From positions 1,884-65,883 of the forward strand of contig CAXTHQ010000010.1 in the NCBI GenBank assembly GCA_964244185.1: a stretch of 64,000 nt of DNA, given 5' to 3'. Below, in pieces: positions 40,174 to 51,163 of the stretch; position 1 is the stretch's first letter; each line of letters begins with the position of its first letter. Made by a program: the position numbers and the translations under genes. The DNA is from an uncultured Sphingomonas sp. Lineage in GTDB: Bacteria; Pseudomonadota; Alphaproteobacteria; Sphingomonadales; Sphingomonadaceae. The notes below the pieces were generated by a model, which made no database searches, was not told where the DNA came from, and saw only the letters and a program-made list of their open reading frames with translations.

Positions 40174-41334
40174 ATGACCCCCGGCGCCCGCACTCAGGCC
40201 GCGATCGAGCTGCTCGACGCGATCGTCGTCGCCGCCCGCGACAACGGCCCCGCCGCCGACACGCTCATCCAGCGCTATTTCGGCACGCGCCGCTATGCCG
40301 GGTCGAAGGATCGCCGCGCCGTCCGCGAACTCGTCTATGCCGCGATCCGCGCGCTCGGCGATCGCCCCGCCGGCGGTCGTGCCGCCATGGTGGCCCTGGC
40401 GCGGGCCGATGCCGACCTGGCAGCAACGTTCGACGGTTCGGCCCATGGCCCCGAGTCATTGGACGACGCCGAACCCGCCGCGACGCCGGGGTTCGCGCCC
40501 GGCTGGCTGCTCAAGCGGCTGCGCGCATCGGATGTCGATGGCGGGGAGATGGCCGCACTCGCCGACCGCGCGCCGCTCGACGTCCGGATCAATACGCTGC
40601 TCACGGACAGCCTCGATCTGGCGGGCGAGGCGATCCGCGGCCTCCCGGACGCGCTGCGCCTGCCCGCTGGCCATGACATCACGCCGCTCGCCGGCCGCGT
40701 AGAGGTGCAGGACGCGGGCAGCCAGATCGTCACGCTCGCCGCCCGCGCCGAGCCCGGCCAGCAGGTGATCGACCTGTGCGCCGGGGCAGGGGGCAAGACG
40801 CTGACGCTCGCCGCCGCGATGCGCAACGAGGGGCATATCCTCGCCTGCGACACCGATCGCGGTCGCCTGTCGCGCCTCGCGCCGCGCGCCGCGCAGGCAG
40901 GCGTCACGATCGCCAAGACCCGCCTGCTCGATCCTGGCGGCGAGGTGGAAGCGCTTGCTGACTGGCAGGGCAGGGCGGACGCCGTCCTGATCGACGCGCC
41001 CTGCTCGGGCACCGGCACCTGGCGGCGCAACCCGGAGGCGCGCTGGCGGCTCACGCCCGACCGCGTCGCCCGCCTCGTCGCTACCCAAGCGCGCCTGCTC
41101 GACATCGCCGCCGTGCTCGTCCGCCCCGGCGGCGCGCTCGTCTATATCGTCTGCTCGCTGCTCGACGAGGAGGGCGCGGACCAAGCCGCGGCCTTCGCGC
41201 AGCGCCACGCCGGCTGGACGCCGGTGCCGCTCGACCTCCCCGCCGGCCGGCCGCGCGGCCCGGGGCTCCGCCTCACCCCCGCCCACGACGCCACCGACGG
41301 CTTTTTTGTCGCGCGCCTCGTGGCCCCATGCTAA
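40174..41334 (+). CDS. RsmB/NOP family RNA m5C methyltransferase
   Basis: RYAGSKDRR, EVQDAGSQ, DLCAGAGGKT, DAPCSGTGTWRRNPE, TDGFF. Confidence 0.92.
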   Translation: MTPGARTQAAIELLDAIVVAARDNGPAADTLIQRYFGTRRYAGSKDRRAVRELVYAAIRALGDRPAGGRAAMVALARADADLAATFDGSAHGPESLDDAEPAATPGFAPGWLLKRLRASDVDGGEMAALADRAPLDVRINTLLTDSLDLAGEAIRGLPDALRLPAGHDITPLAGRVEVQDAGSQIVTLAARAEPGQQVIDLCAGAGGKTLTLAAAMRNEGHILACDTDRGRLSRLAPRAAQAGVTIAKTRLLDPGGEVEALADWQGRADAVLIDAPCSGTGTWRRNPEARWRLTPDRVARLVATQARLLDIAAVLVRPGGALVYIVCSLLDEEGADQAAAFAQRHAGWTPVPLDLPAGRPRGPGLRLTPAHDATDGFFVARLVAPC

Positions 41335-41365
41335 TCCGCTTCGCATTGTGCCCCGCCTGGAGTTG

Positions 41366-41866
41366 ATGATGCGCGCTCTGCCTTTCGCCATTGCGTCCGC
41401 CCTGGCGCTGGTGTCGCTGTCCGCGTCGCTCCAGGGGCAGTCGCCGGCCGCCCCGCTCGACGCGCGTTCGATGGCGCTGCTCGCCGAGGGCAAGGCGGCG
41501 CGGGCGGCGGGCAACCTCGACGGCGCGACCGACGCGCTGGAGACCGCCGTCGCGGTCGAGCCGCGCAACCGCGAGGCCTTCGTCGCGCTGGCCGAGGTCG
41601 CGGAGACGCGCGGGCTGCCCGGCAAGGCGATCCGCCTCTACCGCGAGGCGCTCGCGCTCGAGCCCAACGATGTCGCGGCGCTGAAGGGCCAGGGCGAGGC
41701 GCTCGTCGCCAAGGGCGCGGTCGCCCGCGCGCAGGAAAACCTCGCGCGCATCCGCACGCTCTGCAAATCCGCCTGCCCCGCCGCGACCCAGCTCGCCGCC
41801 GTCATCGCCAAGGGGCCGCCGGTGACCACGGCGGCGGCCGATACGGTCAAGCCGAAGCCGGAGTGA
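41366..41866 (+). CDS. Exported TPR protein
   Basis: Signal peptide followed by TPR-like repeats (ALEPND, A.KGQGEAL); 3' end overlaps rsmA. Confidence 0.8.
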   Translation: MMRALPFAIASALALVSLSASLQGQSPAAPLDARSMALLAEGKAARAAGNLDGATDALETAVAVEPRNREAFVALAEVAETRGLPGKAIRLYREALALEPNDVAALKGQGEALVAKGAVARAQENLARIRTLCKSACPAATQLAAVIAKGPPVTTAAADTVKPKPE

Positions 41867-42680
41867 GCCGGGCGGCCAGCGCCGTCCATTCGGAAACGCC
41901 GACCGTCTCCGCCCGCCGCGTCGGGTCCAGCCCCAGCGCCTCGACCGCCGCCAGCGCCCCCGGCACCCCCTTCAGACTCTGCCGCAGCATCTTGCGCCGC
42001 TGCCCGAACCCCGCCGCCGTCAGCCGCTCCAGCACCCCCACATCGACCCCCGCCGGCGCCTCTCGGGGGACGATGTGCACTACCGCCGACATCACCTTGG
42101 GCGGCGGCGTGAAGGCGGAGCGATGCACCGGCATCGCGATCCGCGCGCTCGACCGCCATTGCGCCAGCACCGCCAGCCGGCCGTAGGCCTCGCCGCCGGC
42201 CGGCGCGACGATGCGCTCGGCGACCTCCTTCTGGAACATCAGGGTCGCCGACGCCCACCACGGCGGCCAGGCCGCCGTCAGCCAGCCGACCAGCAGCGCC
42301 GTCCCGACGTTATACGGCAGGTTCGAGACGATAGGCGGCCGGCTCTCGAACAGCCCCGGCAATTCGACCGCCAGCGCATCCCCCTCGATCACCCGCAACC
42401 GCCCCGGATAGGCCGCCGCCAGTTCGTCGAGCGCCGGCAGGCACCGCCGGTCGCGCTCGACCGCCGTCACCCGCGCCCCCGCCGCCAGCAACGCCCGCGT
42501 CAGCCCGCCCGGTCCCGGCCCGACCTCCAGCACCTCGCGTCCATCCAGGTCACCCGGCACGGCGGCAATGCGGGCGAGGAGCTGTCCGTCGAACAGGAAG
42601 TTCTGCCCCAGCGCCTTCGACGCCGTCAGCCCGTGCCGCGCGATGACCTCCCGCAGCGGCGGCAGGGCGGGGGCGCTCAC
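41847..42680 (-). CDS. rsmA: 16S rRNA dimethyladenosine transferase
   Basis: [39 protein letters not shown]. Confidence 0.97.
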   Translation of the reverse strand: MSAPALPPLREVIARHGLTASKALGQNFLFDGQLLARIAAVPGDLDGREVLEVGPGPGGLTRALLAAGARVTAVERDRRCLPALDELAAAYPGRLRVIEGDALAVELPGLFESRPPIVSNLPYNVGTALLVGWLTAAWPPWWASATLMFQKEVAERIVAPAGGEAYGRLAVLAQWRSSARIAMPVHRSAFTPPPKVMSAVVHIVPREAPAGVDVGVLERLTAAGFGQRRKMLRQSLKGVPGALAAVEALGLDPTRRAETVGVSEWTALAARLTPASA

Positions 42681-43672
42681 CCGCAGCCGGCGACGGCGCG
42701 GCGCTCGGCCGCTTCGCCCGCCATGCGGATCGCCGCGATCGTCGCGCCCGGTTCAGCCTTGTCCTGCCCGGCGATGTCGAATGCGGTGCCATGATCGGGC
42801 GAGGTCCGCACGATCGGCAGCCCCAGCGTGATGTTCACCCCGTCGTCGAAATACAGCGTCTTCAGCGGGATCAGCGCCTGATCGTGATAGGGGCACAGCA
42901 CCGCGTCATAGCCGTCGCGTGCCCGCGCCTGGAACAGCGTGTCCGCCGCGAACGGCCCCCGCGCGTCGATGCCCTCCGCCCGCAGCTGCGCGATCGCCGG
43001 CGCCATCACCTCGATTTCTTCCCGCCCCAGCGCACCGCCTTCGCCGGCGTGCGGGTTGAGCCCCGCAAAGGCGAGGCGGGGCACGGTCACCCCGAAGTTG
43101 CGCTGCAGCCCGCGCGCCGTCACCCGCGCCTTGGCGACGATCAGCTCGATCGTCAGCAGCCCGGGCACCGCCGACAGCGGCACATGCACTGTCAGCGGCA
43201 CCACCCGCAGCCCCGGCCCCGCCAGCATCATCACCGCATTGCGCGCCATGACGCCACAGCGCTCGGCGACGAACTCGGTCTGTCCGGGATGCGTGAAGCC
43301 GGCCTGGTAGAGCTGCGCCTTGGACACCGGCGCCGTCACCAGCGCGCGCGCCGCGCCCGACCGCACCAGCCCGACCGCGACCTCCAGCGATTGCAATGCG
43401 CCGCGCGCGCCCTCTGGGTCGGGCACGCCGGGGGTGATCGTGCCCCCATCCTCGACCGACAGCACGGGCAGCGCGCGATCGAACGCCGCCACCGCCTCCT
43501 CCGGGCTGCCGACCCGTTCGACCGGCCCCGGCCACACCTGCCTGACCGCGCGCTCGTCGCCGATCATGACGAAGGGGGGCAGTCGCTGCGCACGTCGCCG
43601 CTCCCACGCCTTCGCGACCACCTCCGGCCCGATGCCGGCGGGATCGCCCATCGAGACGGCGAGCGGAATCAT
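42677..43672 (-). CDS. pdxA: 4-hydroxythreonine-4-phosphate dehydrogenase
   Basis: [34 protein letters not shown]. Confidence 0.95.
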   Translation of the reverse strand: MIPLAVSMGDPAGIGPEVVAKAWERRRAQRLPPFVMIGDERAVRQVWPGPVERVGSPEEAVAAFDRALPVLSVEDGGTITPGVPDPEGARGALQSLEVAVGLVRSGAARALVTAPVSKAQLYQAGFTHPGQTEFVAERCGVMARNAVMMLAGPGLRVVPLTVHVPLSAVPGLLTIELIVAKARVTARGLQRNFGVTVPRLAFAGLNPHAGEGGALGREEIEVMAPAIAQLRAEGIDARGPFAADTLFQARARDGYDAVLCPYHDQALIPLKTLYFDDGVNITLGLPIVRTSPDHGTAFDIAGQDKAEPGATIAAIRMAGEAAERRAVAGCG

Positions 43673-43679
43673 GCCCGGC

Positions 43680-45059
43680 TCAGCGATACTCGATCACCGC
43701 GTCGCGCCGCAGATCGCGCAGCTTCTGCTGCGCGCGCAAGTTGACCCGCGTCTGCTCCAGCTGGTTCTGGACCTGATCGGCGCTCGGCAATTGCGTCGAT
43801 TGGGTATCGTCACGCCCGCACAGCACCAGCGACCGGACGCCCTCGGTCGGATTGCCGAACGGAGGCGTCGCCTCGCCGATCTGCAGCTTCAGCATGATGT
43901 CCTGCAACTGCGCCGGGAGCTGGCGGACCTGCACCGAATCATTGTCGACCACCTCGGCGCCGAGGGTCTTGCCCACCGCCTCGACCGTGCCGCACCCCTT
44001 GATCGCCTTCAGCCCGTCGGCGAACACGCCGGTGCGCGCGGTGGCGTCGGCCTGGGTGATACCGGGCGGGAACTTGAGGGTAAGCTGCTTCAGGCTCAAC
44101 CGCGCGTTGCGCGGATCGGCGGTCAGCACCTGGCGCTTGTCGGTCAGGAATAGGATCGAGAAGCCGCCCGAGTTCTCGATCGGCCCGGCGACCTGCCCGA
44201 TCTGCATTTCCTGCGCCACCTGCGCGAGCTCGGGCGGCAGCGTCGCCGCGCGCACCCACCCCAGGTCGCCGCCGTTACCCTTCAGCGACGTCTCGGTATA
44301 TTGCCGGGCATAGGATTCGAACGGCTGCTGGCCCTTCTGGATCTCCGCCAGCAGCGTACGCGCATTGGCGAACACCTGCTGTTCGTTCGAGGCATCGGCT
44401 TTCAGGAAGATTTCGCGAACGTTGAACTCCTGCGTCCCCTGCGACGCCTTCAGCCGCTTGAGGATGCCGTCGACCTCCTGATCGCCGACATTGACCAGCG
44501 GCTCGACGCGCCGGCGCAGGTAACGCTGCCAGGCGAGCTCCGCCTCGATCTCGCGCTTCAGCGTCCGCTCCGACGAGCCGATCGAGCGCAGAAAATCAGG
44601 CAGCTTCTCGGGCGTGCTCTTGAAACTGGACTGCGCCGTCCGCGCGAACGCCTGACTGATCTCGGACGATGTGATCGTGATCTCGGCGGTCTTCGCCTCC
44701 TGAATCTGCAGCGTCTCGTCGATGAGCTGGCGGAGGATCTGGAGGCGCAGCCGATCCTTCTCCTCCGGCGCGATCTTGCTGACCGGCACGTTGTTGTAGA
44801 GCGCGATCAGCGCCAGCCGCTGATCGACGTCGGTGCCGGTGATAACCGAATCGTTGACGATCGCGGTCGGCTTGCGGACATTGGGGTCAAGCTTGCCGAA
44901 GATCTGCAGGTTCGCCGGAATGTCGAGCGGCGCGTCAGGCACGCCCTGGTCCGGCACCGTCTGCCCGGGGGTCTGGGCCAGGGAAACCGTCGCCATCGCC
45001 AGCGCCGCCAGGCTCAGCACCCGGCCGGCCCGGTTCGCGAAACTCGTCATCTGCGTCAC
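43680..45059 (-). CDS. surA: SurA-like periplasmic chaperone/PPIase
   Basis: AIVND.VIT, LIDETLQIQEA, GGDLGW, LRRDAVIEYR; lptD-surA-pdxA-rsmA synteny. Confidence 0.85.
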   Translation of the reverse strand: MTQMTSFANRAGRVLSLAALAMATVSLAQTPGQTVPDQGVPDAPLDIPANLQIFGKLDPNVRKPTAIVNDSVITGTDVDQRLALIALYNNVPVSKIAPEEKDRLRLQILRQLIDETLQIQEAKTAEITITSSEISQAFARTAQSSFKSTPEKLPDFLRSIGSSERTLKREIEAELAWQRYLRRRVEPLVNVGDQEVDGILKRLKASQGTQEFNVREIFLKADASNEQQVFANARTLLAEIQKGQQPFESYARQYTETSLKGNGGDLGWVRAATLPPELAQVAQEMQIGQVAGPIENSGGFSILFLTDKRQVLTADPRNARLSLKQLTLKFPPGITQADATARTGVFADGLKAIKGCGTVEAVGKTLGAEVVDNDSVQVRQLPAQLQDIMLKLQIGEATPPFGNPTEGVRSLVLCGRDDTQSTQLPSADQVQNQLEQTRVNLRAQQKLRDLRRDAVIEYR

Positions 45060-45123
45060 TCACTCCCGCGCGCCCGGCGCCCTGCCGGCCGGCGCATCTG
45101 CCCCGATCATGCTGAATGGGCGC

Positions 45124-47361
45124 TTAGCGGCCGAGGTTCGTGAAGGCCAGCGTCAACAGATAGCTGTTGCCGCGCCGCGCGTCCCCGGTGTCCTGATACT
45201 CGCGCCGCCACGTGACGGCGGCACGCAGGCAATCGTCCTGATATTGCAGGCCGACGCGGTGGCGGACGGGGTCGAAGCCGTCGGACAGCGAAAAGGGATC
45301 CTCGCGACGATTGGTCAGGTCGATCACCGTTGACCCGAACACCGACCAGAAGCGCTTGAACTGGACGCGGCCGGCCACGCGCAACTCCTCGCGGTCCTGC
45401 AAATCCTCGATCGCCGGGAAGATGTTGCGGTCGAGCCGGAGATAGCCGATCAGCGCATAGGTGCTGCTCGACCCCACGCTGGCGTCGATCTCGTTGCGGC
45501 GAAACGCGAACGTGTCCTTGTCGAGCCGATAGCGATGCGTGATCGACACCAGATCGCGCAGCCGCAGCTCCGTGCGCCCGGTGATGTCCGACAGGCGATC
45601 CGACAATCCCGTGCCGTCGGGCAGGATGGTGGGACGCGCCGACAGGCGATAGCTTTGCCCTATCACCGCGTTCAGCCGCGCGCCGGGCAGGTCGATCGCC
45701 CATTCCGCGCCATAGGTCACGCGCGACGAATCCTCCCAGCGGTCGTAGCCGGGGAAGCGATTGAGCGCGAACAGGTTGGAATCGTCGAGGTCGATCGCGC
45801 GGCTGTCCTCGTTGGGCAGCGACAGATTGGCGATGCGCGGCGAGGCGACGATCTGCAGCCGCGGCGTTACCCGCTGCGTGCCCGCGCCGAACGTCCCGAC
45901 CAGCGGCCAGCGCACATCGACCGCGAGTGCCCCGATGGCGCGGGTATGGAAGCCCTCCAGCCCGCGATAGCTCGCCACCGCCGTGCTGAGCGTATCGTGC
46001 GTATTGTACGCGTCGCCGCGTGCGAAGGCGGTGAAGGTCACCTCCTGCCCCATCGTCGTCAGCCGCCGCAGATCCCAGCGCAGGCTGGCGAAGGCGCGCT
46101 GCGTGTCCTGGCCGGCGGTGCGGGTCAGCGCCAGGCTGTTGGCTTGCAGCTCCACCCGGCCGCCGAGCACGCCTTCGGTGAAGCGGCGGCGATAGTCGAT
46201 CTCGGGCAGCGAGACCGGCTGCAGGCCCTGGCTGTCGTTGACGCGCAACGTCTGCACCGCCCAGCCGGTGATCGCGAAATAGCTGTCCGGGTCGATATGC
46301 TCGATCTTCGCGGTCGAACGCAGCCGGTCGTCGCGCGAGATTTCGTAGCGGCGCAGGAAGGTGCGGTCGGTGGTCCGCCGCAGCGACCCGCTGACGGTCC
46401 ATTCCGGCGTCCACTGATAGCGCGCGACCGCGTCGATATAGCCCCTGAACGCCTGCTCGGTCGTTGTCGTCGTCGCGATGGTCAGGTCGTCGCTCCGCCG
46501 GCTGACCGTCGCATAGCCCAATATCCGGAACGCGCCCTGCTGCCCCAGCGCGTCATATTGCGCCTCCATCATCGGCAGCACCTTGGAATAGAGGTGCGGC
46601 GTCAGCGTCAGCCCGCGATTGGGCGCCAGCGCGAGATAATAAGGCGCGATCAGCTCCAGCCCGTTGGTGCCGTTGTAGCGCAGGTCGGGGCTCAGCAGCC
46701 CGCTGTCGCTCTGGCCGCCGACCGGCACGCTGAAATTGGGCAGCGGCACCGTCGGCAGCCCGAACAGATGGAAGCGTCCGCTGACGAAATAGATGCGGTC
46801 GCGCTCGGGGCGGTAGGTGACGCGCACCGCCGTGATCTTCCAGCTCGGCGCCTTGGGGCACCCGGCCGGGTTGAGGACCGCGCAGGGCGTGTACGCGGCC
46901 TTGTCGAGATCGAGCGTGCCGTCCTCCTCGCGCCGCCCCCGCGCGGCGGCAAACCGCCCGCCGCGGTCGAGCACGACGAGCATGTTGTCGACGACGCCGT
47001 CCTTCAGGCTGTCGGTCAGCTCGATCGAATCGCCATAGGCGACGTCGCCCTGCGGGTTGACGACGGCGATGCTGCCGGTCGCCACCACCTTGCCCGTGTT
47101 GCGGTTCCACACGACCTTGTCGGCGCGCAGGCGATTGCCGTCGCGTGTCATCCGCACCTCGCCGGTCGCGGTGACGATCTCGGCGTTGCTGTCATAGTCG
47201 AGCGCGTTGGCGGAGAACTGGACCTGCTTGGCGGCGGCCGGCGCGGGCGCATCGGTGACGGGGGGCGGCACATCGACCGTCGGATGCTGTTGCAGATCCT
47301 GCGCGGCCGCCGGCGCCGCGATCAGAATGAGGCCACTCGCCAACAGGCTGGAACGCGACAC
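45124..47361 (-). CDS. lptD: LptD/OstA family outer-membrane assembly protein
   Basis: OstA-like N-domain, YTPC...PSW, PNEDS, LFALNRFPGYDRWE, DDC; start uncertain. Confidence 0.9.
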   Translation of the reverse strand: MSRSSLLASGLILIAAPAAAQDLQQHPTVDVPPPVTDAPAPAAAKQVQFSANALDYDSNAEIVTATGEVRMTRDGNRLRADKVVWNRNTGKVVATGSIAVVNPQGDVAYGDSIELTDSLKDGVVDNMLVVLDRGGRFAAARGRREEDGTLDLDKAAYTPCAVLNPAGCPKAPSWKITAVRVTYRPERDRIYFVSGRFHLFGLPTVPLPNFSVPVGGQSDSGLLSPDLRYNGTNGLELIAPYYLALAPNRGLTLTPHLYSKVLPMMEAQYDALGQQGAFRILGYATVSRRSDDLTIATTTTTEQAFRGYIDAVARYQWTPEWTVSGSLRRTTDRTFLRRYEISRDDRLRSTAKIEHIDPDSYFAITGWAVQTLRVNDSQGLQPVSLPEIDYRRRFTEGVLGGRVELQANSLALTRTAGQDTQRAFASLRWDLRRLTTMGQEVTFTAFARGDAYNTHDTLSTAVASYRGLEGFHTRAIGALAVDVRWPLVGTFGAGTQRVTPRLQIVASPRIANLSLPNEDSRAIDLDDSNLFALNRFPGYDRWEDSSRVTYGAEWAIDLPGARLNAVIGQSYRLSARPTILPDGTGLSDRLSDITGRTELRLRDLVSITHRYRLDKDTFAFRRNEIDASVGSSSTYALIGYLRLDRNIFPAIEDLQDREELRVAGRVQFKRFWSVFGSTVIDLTNRREDPFSLSDGFDPVRHRVGLQYQDDCLRAAVTWRREYQDTGDARRGNSYLLTLAFTNLGR

Positions 47362-47496
47362 GGTGAACGGCAATCCCTTCGGCGAGCAGGGTGAGCGCCT
47401 ATCGCAGCCCCGGCGCGTCCGCAATCGCGCGCTTGCCTCGGTCCGCCCCGGGACTAGAGGATGGTCGTCAAGATCACCCCTGAAAGTCACCGTCCG

Positions 47497-48954
47497 ATGC
47501 AGATCACCTTCGCGCCCGCCGCCGCCGACGCAGCCGTCCTCGTCCTGCCGATCGAGAAGGACGGGCTGGCGCGCACGACGTGGGGCACGATCACCGACGC
47601 CCGACCGCTGGCGCTGGCGGCGGCGGCGGCGCAGCGGTTCGAGGGCGAGGCGGGCGCGATCGTCGAGCTGTTCGCGCCCGGCGAGCCGGTGCGCCGCGTC
47701 ATCCTGCTCGGCATCGGCGGCGGCGACGAGGCCGACTGGGCGAAAGCCGGCGGCGCGCTCACCGCTCGCCTGCTCACCAGCGCCACAGAGGCGACGGTCG
47801 ATCTGACCGGCCTGTCCCCCACGCCCGAGGCGGTCGCCCGCTTCGCCGCCGCCGCCGTCCAGCGCGCCTGGCGGCACGACATCTACCGCACCCGGCTTCC
47901 GGAAAAGTCGAAGCCGACGCTCGGCACGATCACGATCGCCGGCACCCCCGACGGCACGGAAGCGGCCTGGGTCGAGCAGTCCGCGGTGACCGACGGCATG
48001 GCGCTGACCCGCCAGCTCGTGTCCGAGCCGCCCAACATCCTCTACCCCGAAACCTTCGTCGAGCAGGTCGAGAAGTCGATCGAGGGCCTCGGTCTCGACG
48101 TCACCGTTCTCGACGAACCGGCGATGCGCGCGCTCGGCATGGGCGCACTGCTCGGCGTGTCGGAGGGGTCCGCCCGCCCCGCGCGCCTCCTCGCGCTACG
48201 CTGGAACGGGGCGGGGGAGGGCGCGCCCGCGCTAGCGCTCGTCGGCAAGGGCGTCACCTTCGACACCGGCGGCATCTCGATCAAGCCTGCCGCCGGCATG
48301 GAGGACATGAAGTGGGACATGGGCGGCGCGGGCGCGGTCGCCGGCGCGATGAAGGCGCTGGCGCTGCGCAAGGCCAGAGCCAACGTCATCGGCGTCATGG
48401 GGCTGGTCGAGAACATGCCCGATGGCGCCGCAATGCGCCCCGGCGACGTCGTCACGACCATGTCCGGCCAGACGGTCGAAGTGCTCAACACCGACGCCGA
48501 GGGGCGGCTGGTGCTGTGCGACGCGATCACCTGGGTGCAGCGGACGCACAGCGTCAAGGCGATCGTCGATCTCGCGACGCTGACCGGCGCAATGATCGTC
48601 AGCCTTGGCAACGAATATGGCGGCCTGTTCGCCAACGACGACGCGATGGGTGACCAGCTCCTGGCCGCCGGCGTCGCCAGCGACGACAAGCTGTGGCGCT
48701 TTCCGCTGTCGGCGATCTACGACAAGCTGATCGACAGCCCGATCGCCGACATGAAGAACATCGGCCCGCGCGGCGCGGGGTCGATCACCGCGGCGCAATT
48801 CATCCAGCGCTTCGTCGAGGACGGCACGAAATGGGCGCATCTCGACATCGCCGGGATGGTGTGGAGCGACAAGCCGGGGCCGCATCACGACAAGGGCGCG
48901 ACCGGCTATGGCGTGCGCCTGCTCGACCGGTTCGTCCGCGACAATTTCGAATAG
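47497..48954 (+). CDS. pepA: Leucyl aminopeptidase (M17)
   Basis: GKGVTFDTGG, MKWDMGGA, NTDAEGRL, WAHLDIAG. Confidence 0.95.
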   Translation: MQITFAPAAADAAVLVLPIEKDGLARTTWGTITDARPLALAAAAAQRFEGEAGAIVELFAPGEPVRRVILLGIGGGDEADWAKAGGALTARLLTSATEATVDLTGLSPTPEAVARFAAAAVQRAWRHDIYRTRLPEKSKPTLGTITIAGTPDGTEAAWVEQSAVTDGMALTRQLVSEPPNILYPETFVEQVEKSIEGLGLDVTVLDEPAMRALGMGALLGVSEGSARPARLLALRWNGAGEGAPALALVGKGVTFDTGGISIKPAAGMEDMKWDMGGAGAVAGAMKALALRKARANVIGVMGLVENMPDGAAMRPGDVVTTMSGQTVEVLNTDAEGRLVLCDAITWVQRTHSVKAIVDLATLTGAMIVSLGNEYGGLFANDDAMGDQLLAAGVASDDKLWRFPLSAIYDKLIDSPIADMKNIGPRGAGSITAAQFIQRFVEDGTKWAHLDIAGMVWSDKPGPHHDKGATGYGVRLLDRFVRDNFE

Positions 48955-48961
48955 CAACCTC

Positions 48962-49069
48962 CGTCGCCCCGGCCTTGCGCCGGGGTCCAACCTGGTATCG
49001 ATCGATGAGCCAGACGTGATCCGCCCCGCTCGGTTCTCGATTGGATGCCGGCTCAAGGCCGGCATGACG
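48962..49069. repeat. CGTCA-family palindromic element
   Basis: cgtcgccccggccttgcgccggggtccaa ... ttggatgccggctcaaggccggcatgacg between pepA and holC. Confidence 0.9.
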
Positions 49070-49074
49070 AAACG

Positions 49075-49515
49075 ATGAAAGTCGACTTCTACCACCTCAC
49101 CGCTCGCCCGCTCGAACGCGTGCTGCCCAGCATCTGCGAAAAGGTGCTGGCCGACAGCGGCCGCCTCCTGATCGTCGCCGCCGACGACGCCCAGCGCGCC
49201 GGCCTCGACCGCCTGCTCTGGACCTGGAGCCCCGACAGCTTCCTGCCCCATGCCTGCCTCGGCGCGGGCAAGGACGAGACCCAGCCCATCCTGCTCGCCC
49301 CCGACGTCAACGCCGCCAACCGCGCGCGCCACATCGCGCTCGCCGACGGCGAATGGCGCGACGAGGCGCTCGATTTCGACCGCGCCTTCCTGTTCTTCGA
49401 CGATGCCCGCCTCGCTCCCGCCCGCGCCGCCTGGAAGACGCTGGCCGACCGCGACGGCGTCGAGCGCCGCTACTGGAAAGAGAACGACGCCGGCCGCTGG
49501 GAGCAGGCTGGCTAG
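49075..49515 (+). CDS. holC: DNA polymerase III chi subunit
   Basis: VDFYHL, LDRLLW...DSFLPH, ARAAWK; follows pepA. Confidence 0.92.
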   Translation: MKVDFYHLTARPLERVLPSICEKVLADSGRLLIVAADDAQRAGLDRLLWTWSPDSFLPHACLGAGKDETQPILLAPDVNAANRARHIALADGEWRDEALDFDRAFLFFDDARLAPARAAWKTLADRDGVERRYWKENDAGRWEQAG

Positions 49516-49587
49516 GTTGCATTGCCGCAAGCGCCCGACTAGGGCCGCCGCCATTCACCTCATGTAATCAGGAGCCGCGTGACCGCC

Positions 49588-50010
49588 ATGGCCGCGAACC
49601 GTACCTTTTCGATCATCAAGCCCGACGCCACCCGCCGCAACCTGACCGGCGCGGTCACGAAGATGCTGGAAGAGGCCGGCCTGCGCATCGTCGCCTCGAA
49701 GCGCATCCGGATGGCCCGGGACCAGGCCGAAGGCTTCTACGCCGTCCACAAGGAGCGGCCGTTCTTCGGCGACCTCGTCAGTTTCATGATCTCCGACCCC
49801 GTCGTCGTGCAGGTGCTGGAAGGCGACAACGCCGTCCAGCGCAACCGCGACATCATGGGCGCGACCAACCCGGAGAACGCCGCGCCGGGCACGATCCGCA
49901 AGGAACTGGCGGAGTCGATCGAGGCGAACAGCGTCCACGGCTCGGATTCGGACGAAAACGCCGCGATCGAGATCGCTTATTTCTTCACGCCCGACGAGGT
50001 CGTCGGCTGA
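49588..50010 (+). CDS. ndk: Nucleoside diphosphate kinase
   Basis: [31 protein letters not shown]. Confidence 0.97.
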   Translation: MAANRTFSIIKPDATRRNLTGAVTKMLEEAGLRIVASKRIRMARDQAEGFYAVHKERPFFGDLVSFMISDPVVVQVLEGDNAVQRNRDIMGATNPENAAPGTIRKELAESIEANSVHGSDSDENAAIEIAYFFTPDEVVG

Positions 50011-50531
50011 GCACCGGCTGGACCATCCGCCCGGCGCGTACCGCCGACGCGCCGGCGCTCGCGCTGATCGCCGGGGCGACGCTGCTCGAAACCTTTCACG
50101 CCATCATCCCCGGTCCCGATATGGTGGCGCACGCTACCGGCAAGAGCAGCGCCGAGGTCTTCGCCGCGTGGATCGCCGACGCCGGCTCGGCGGTGTTCTA
50201 CGCGGGCGCGCAGGGCACCGATGCGCCGGTCGGCTATGCCGTGCTCACGACGCCTGATTTCCCCGTCGACCCCGGCCCCGCCGATATCGAACTACGCCGC
50301 ATCTACACGCTGGCCGGGGTCCACGGCACCGGCCTCGGCCCGGCGCTGATGGACGCCGCGCTCGCCGAAGCGACGCGACGCGGACACAGCCGGATGTTGC
50401 TGGGCGTCCACCCCGACAACCGGCGCGCCCGACGCTTCTACGAGCGTAACGGCTTCGCGGTGATCGGAGAACGCGAGTTTGCCGTGGGCACGCAGCGCTT
50501 CACCGACCCGATCTACGCGCGCGCGATCTAG
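50007..50531 (+). CDS. GNAT family N-acetyltransferase
   Basis: TIRPA..ADAPAL, VGYA, ELRRIY...[18 protein letters not shown]; CTG start proposed. Confidence 0.85.
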   Translation: MSTGWTIRPARTADAPALALIAGATLLETFHAIIPGPDMVAHATGKSSAEVFAAWIADAGSAVFYAGAQGTDAPVGYAVLTTPDFPVDPGPADIELRRIYTLAGVHGTGLGPALMDAALAEATRRGHSRMLLGVHPDNRRARRFYERNGFAVIGEREFAVGTQRFTDPIYARAI

Positions 50532-50569
50532 CGACCTGTCATCGACACAGCTTCCGCGCCGGACGACGG

Positions 50570-51163
50570 TCAGGGCTTCTCCCGCCCCCACGCCGCATCC
50601 AGCGCCGCCTGGTTTCCGCCGCGTTGCCGCAACCGCAAGCCCGTCAACTCCAGCGCCCGCCCCCGCAGCAAGCGGCCCTGTGTCCGCCACACCACGTCGT
50701 ACAGGTCCCGCGCCGTCCGCGTCGCATCGCCATCGACATAGCTCGCGGTCACCAGCACCGGCAGCCGCCCCGAGCGATCGTCCGCCCCGCCATCGGTCAG
50801 CTTGAGCAGCTTCTCGGCAAACGGCTTCGCCTCGATCACGGGATCCCCGGTCGGCCGCTGGGCCGACACTCCCAGCGCGGTCGGAAAGGCGATCGTCACA
50901 TCGGTCAGATCGTGCTTGGCATCGGCCAGGCGCAGCACCTCCTTGCCGTCCGCCGTCGCGGTCAGGTCCAGCCGACCTTTCTCCCGCGCGTCGGCCGCCA
51001 CGGTCGCCGCCTTGTCCGCCGCGCTCTCGCGCCGGTCCGACCAGCTCACGTAAAGGCCCAGCGCCGCGATGATCACGCCAGCGACCGCGACCAGCTCGGC
51101 CAGGTTGATCCAGCGTCGCCGCGTCGCCTTCTGCTCGGCCGTCTCGCTACCCGTCCCGCTCAT
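50570..51163 (-). CDS. Hypothetical single-pass membrane protein
   Basis: RRRWINLAELVAVAGVIIAALGLY TM segment; ATG overlaps the purN-fusion stop. Confidence 0.75.
   Translation of the reverse strand: MSGTGSETAEQKATRRRWINLAELVAVAGVIIAALGLYVSWSDRRESAADKAATVAADAREKGRLDLTATADGKEVLRLADAKHDLTDVTIAFPTALGVSAQRPTGDPVIEAKPFAEKLLKLTDGGADDRSGRLPVLVTASYVDGDATRTARDLYDVVWRTQGRLLRGRALELTGLRLRQRGGNQAALDAAWGREKP

Noticed and set aside
41847-41866. Convergent 20-bp overlap of the TPR gene and rsmA
   Set aside because: Short 3' overlaps are common in compact high-GC genomes; no further signal.
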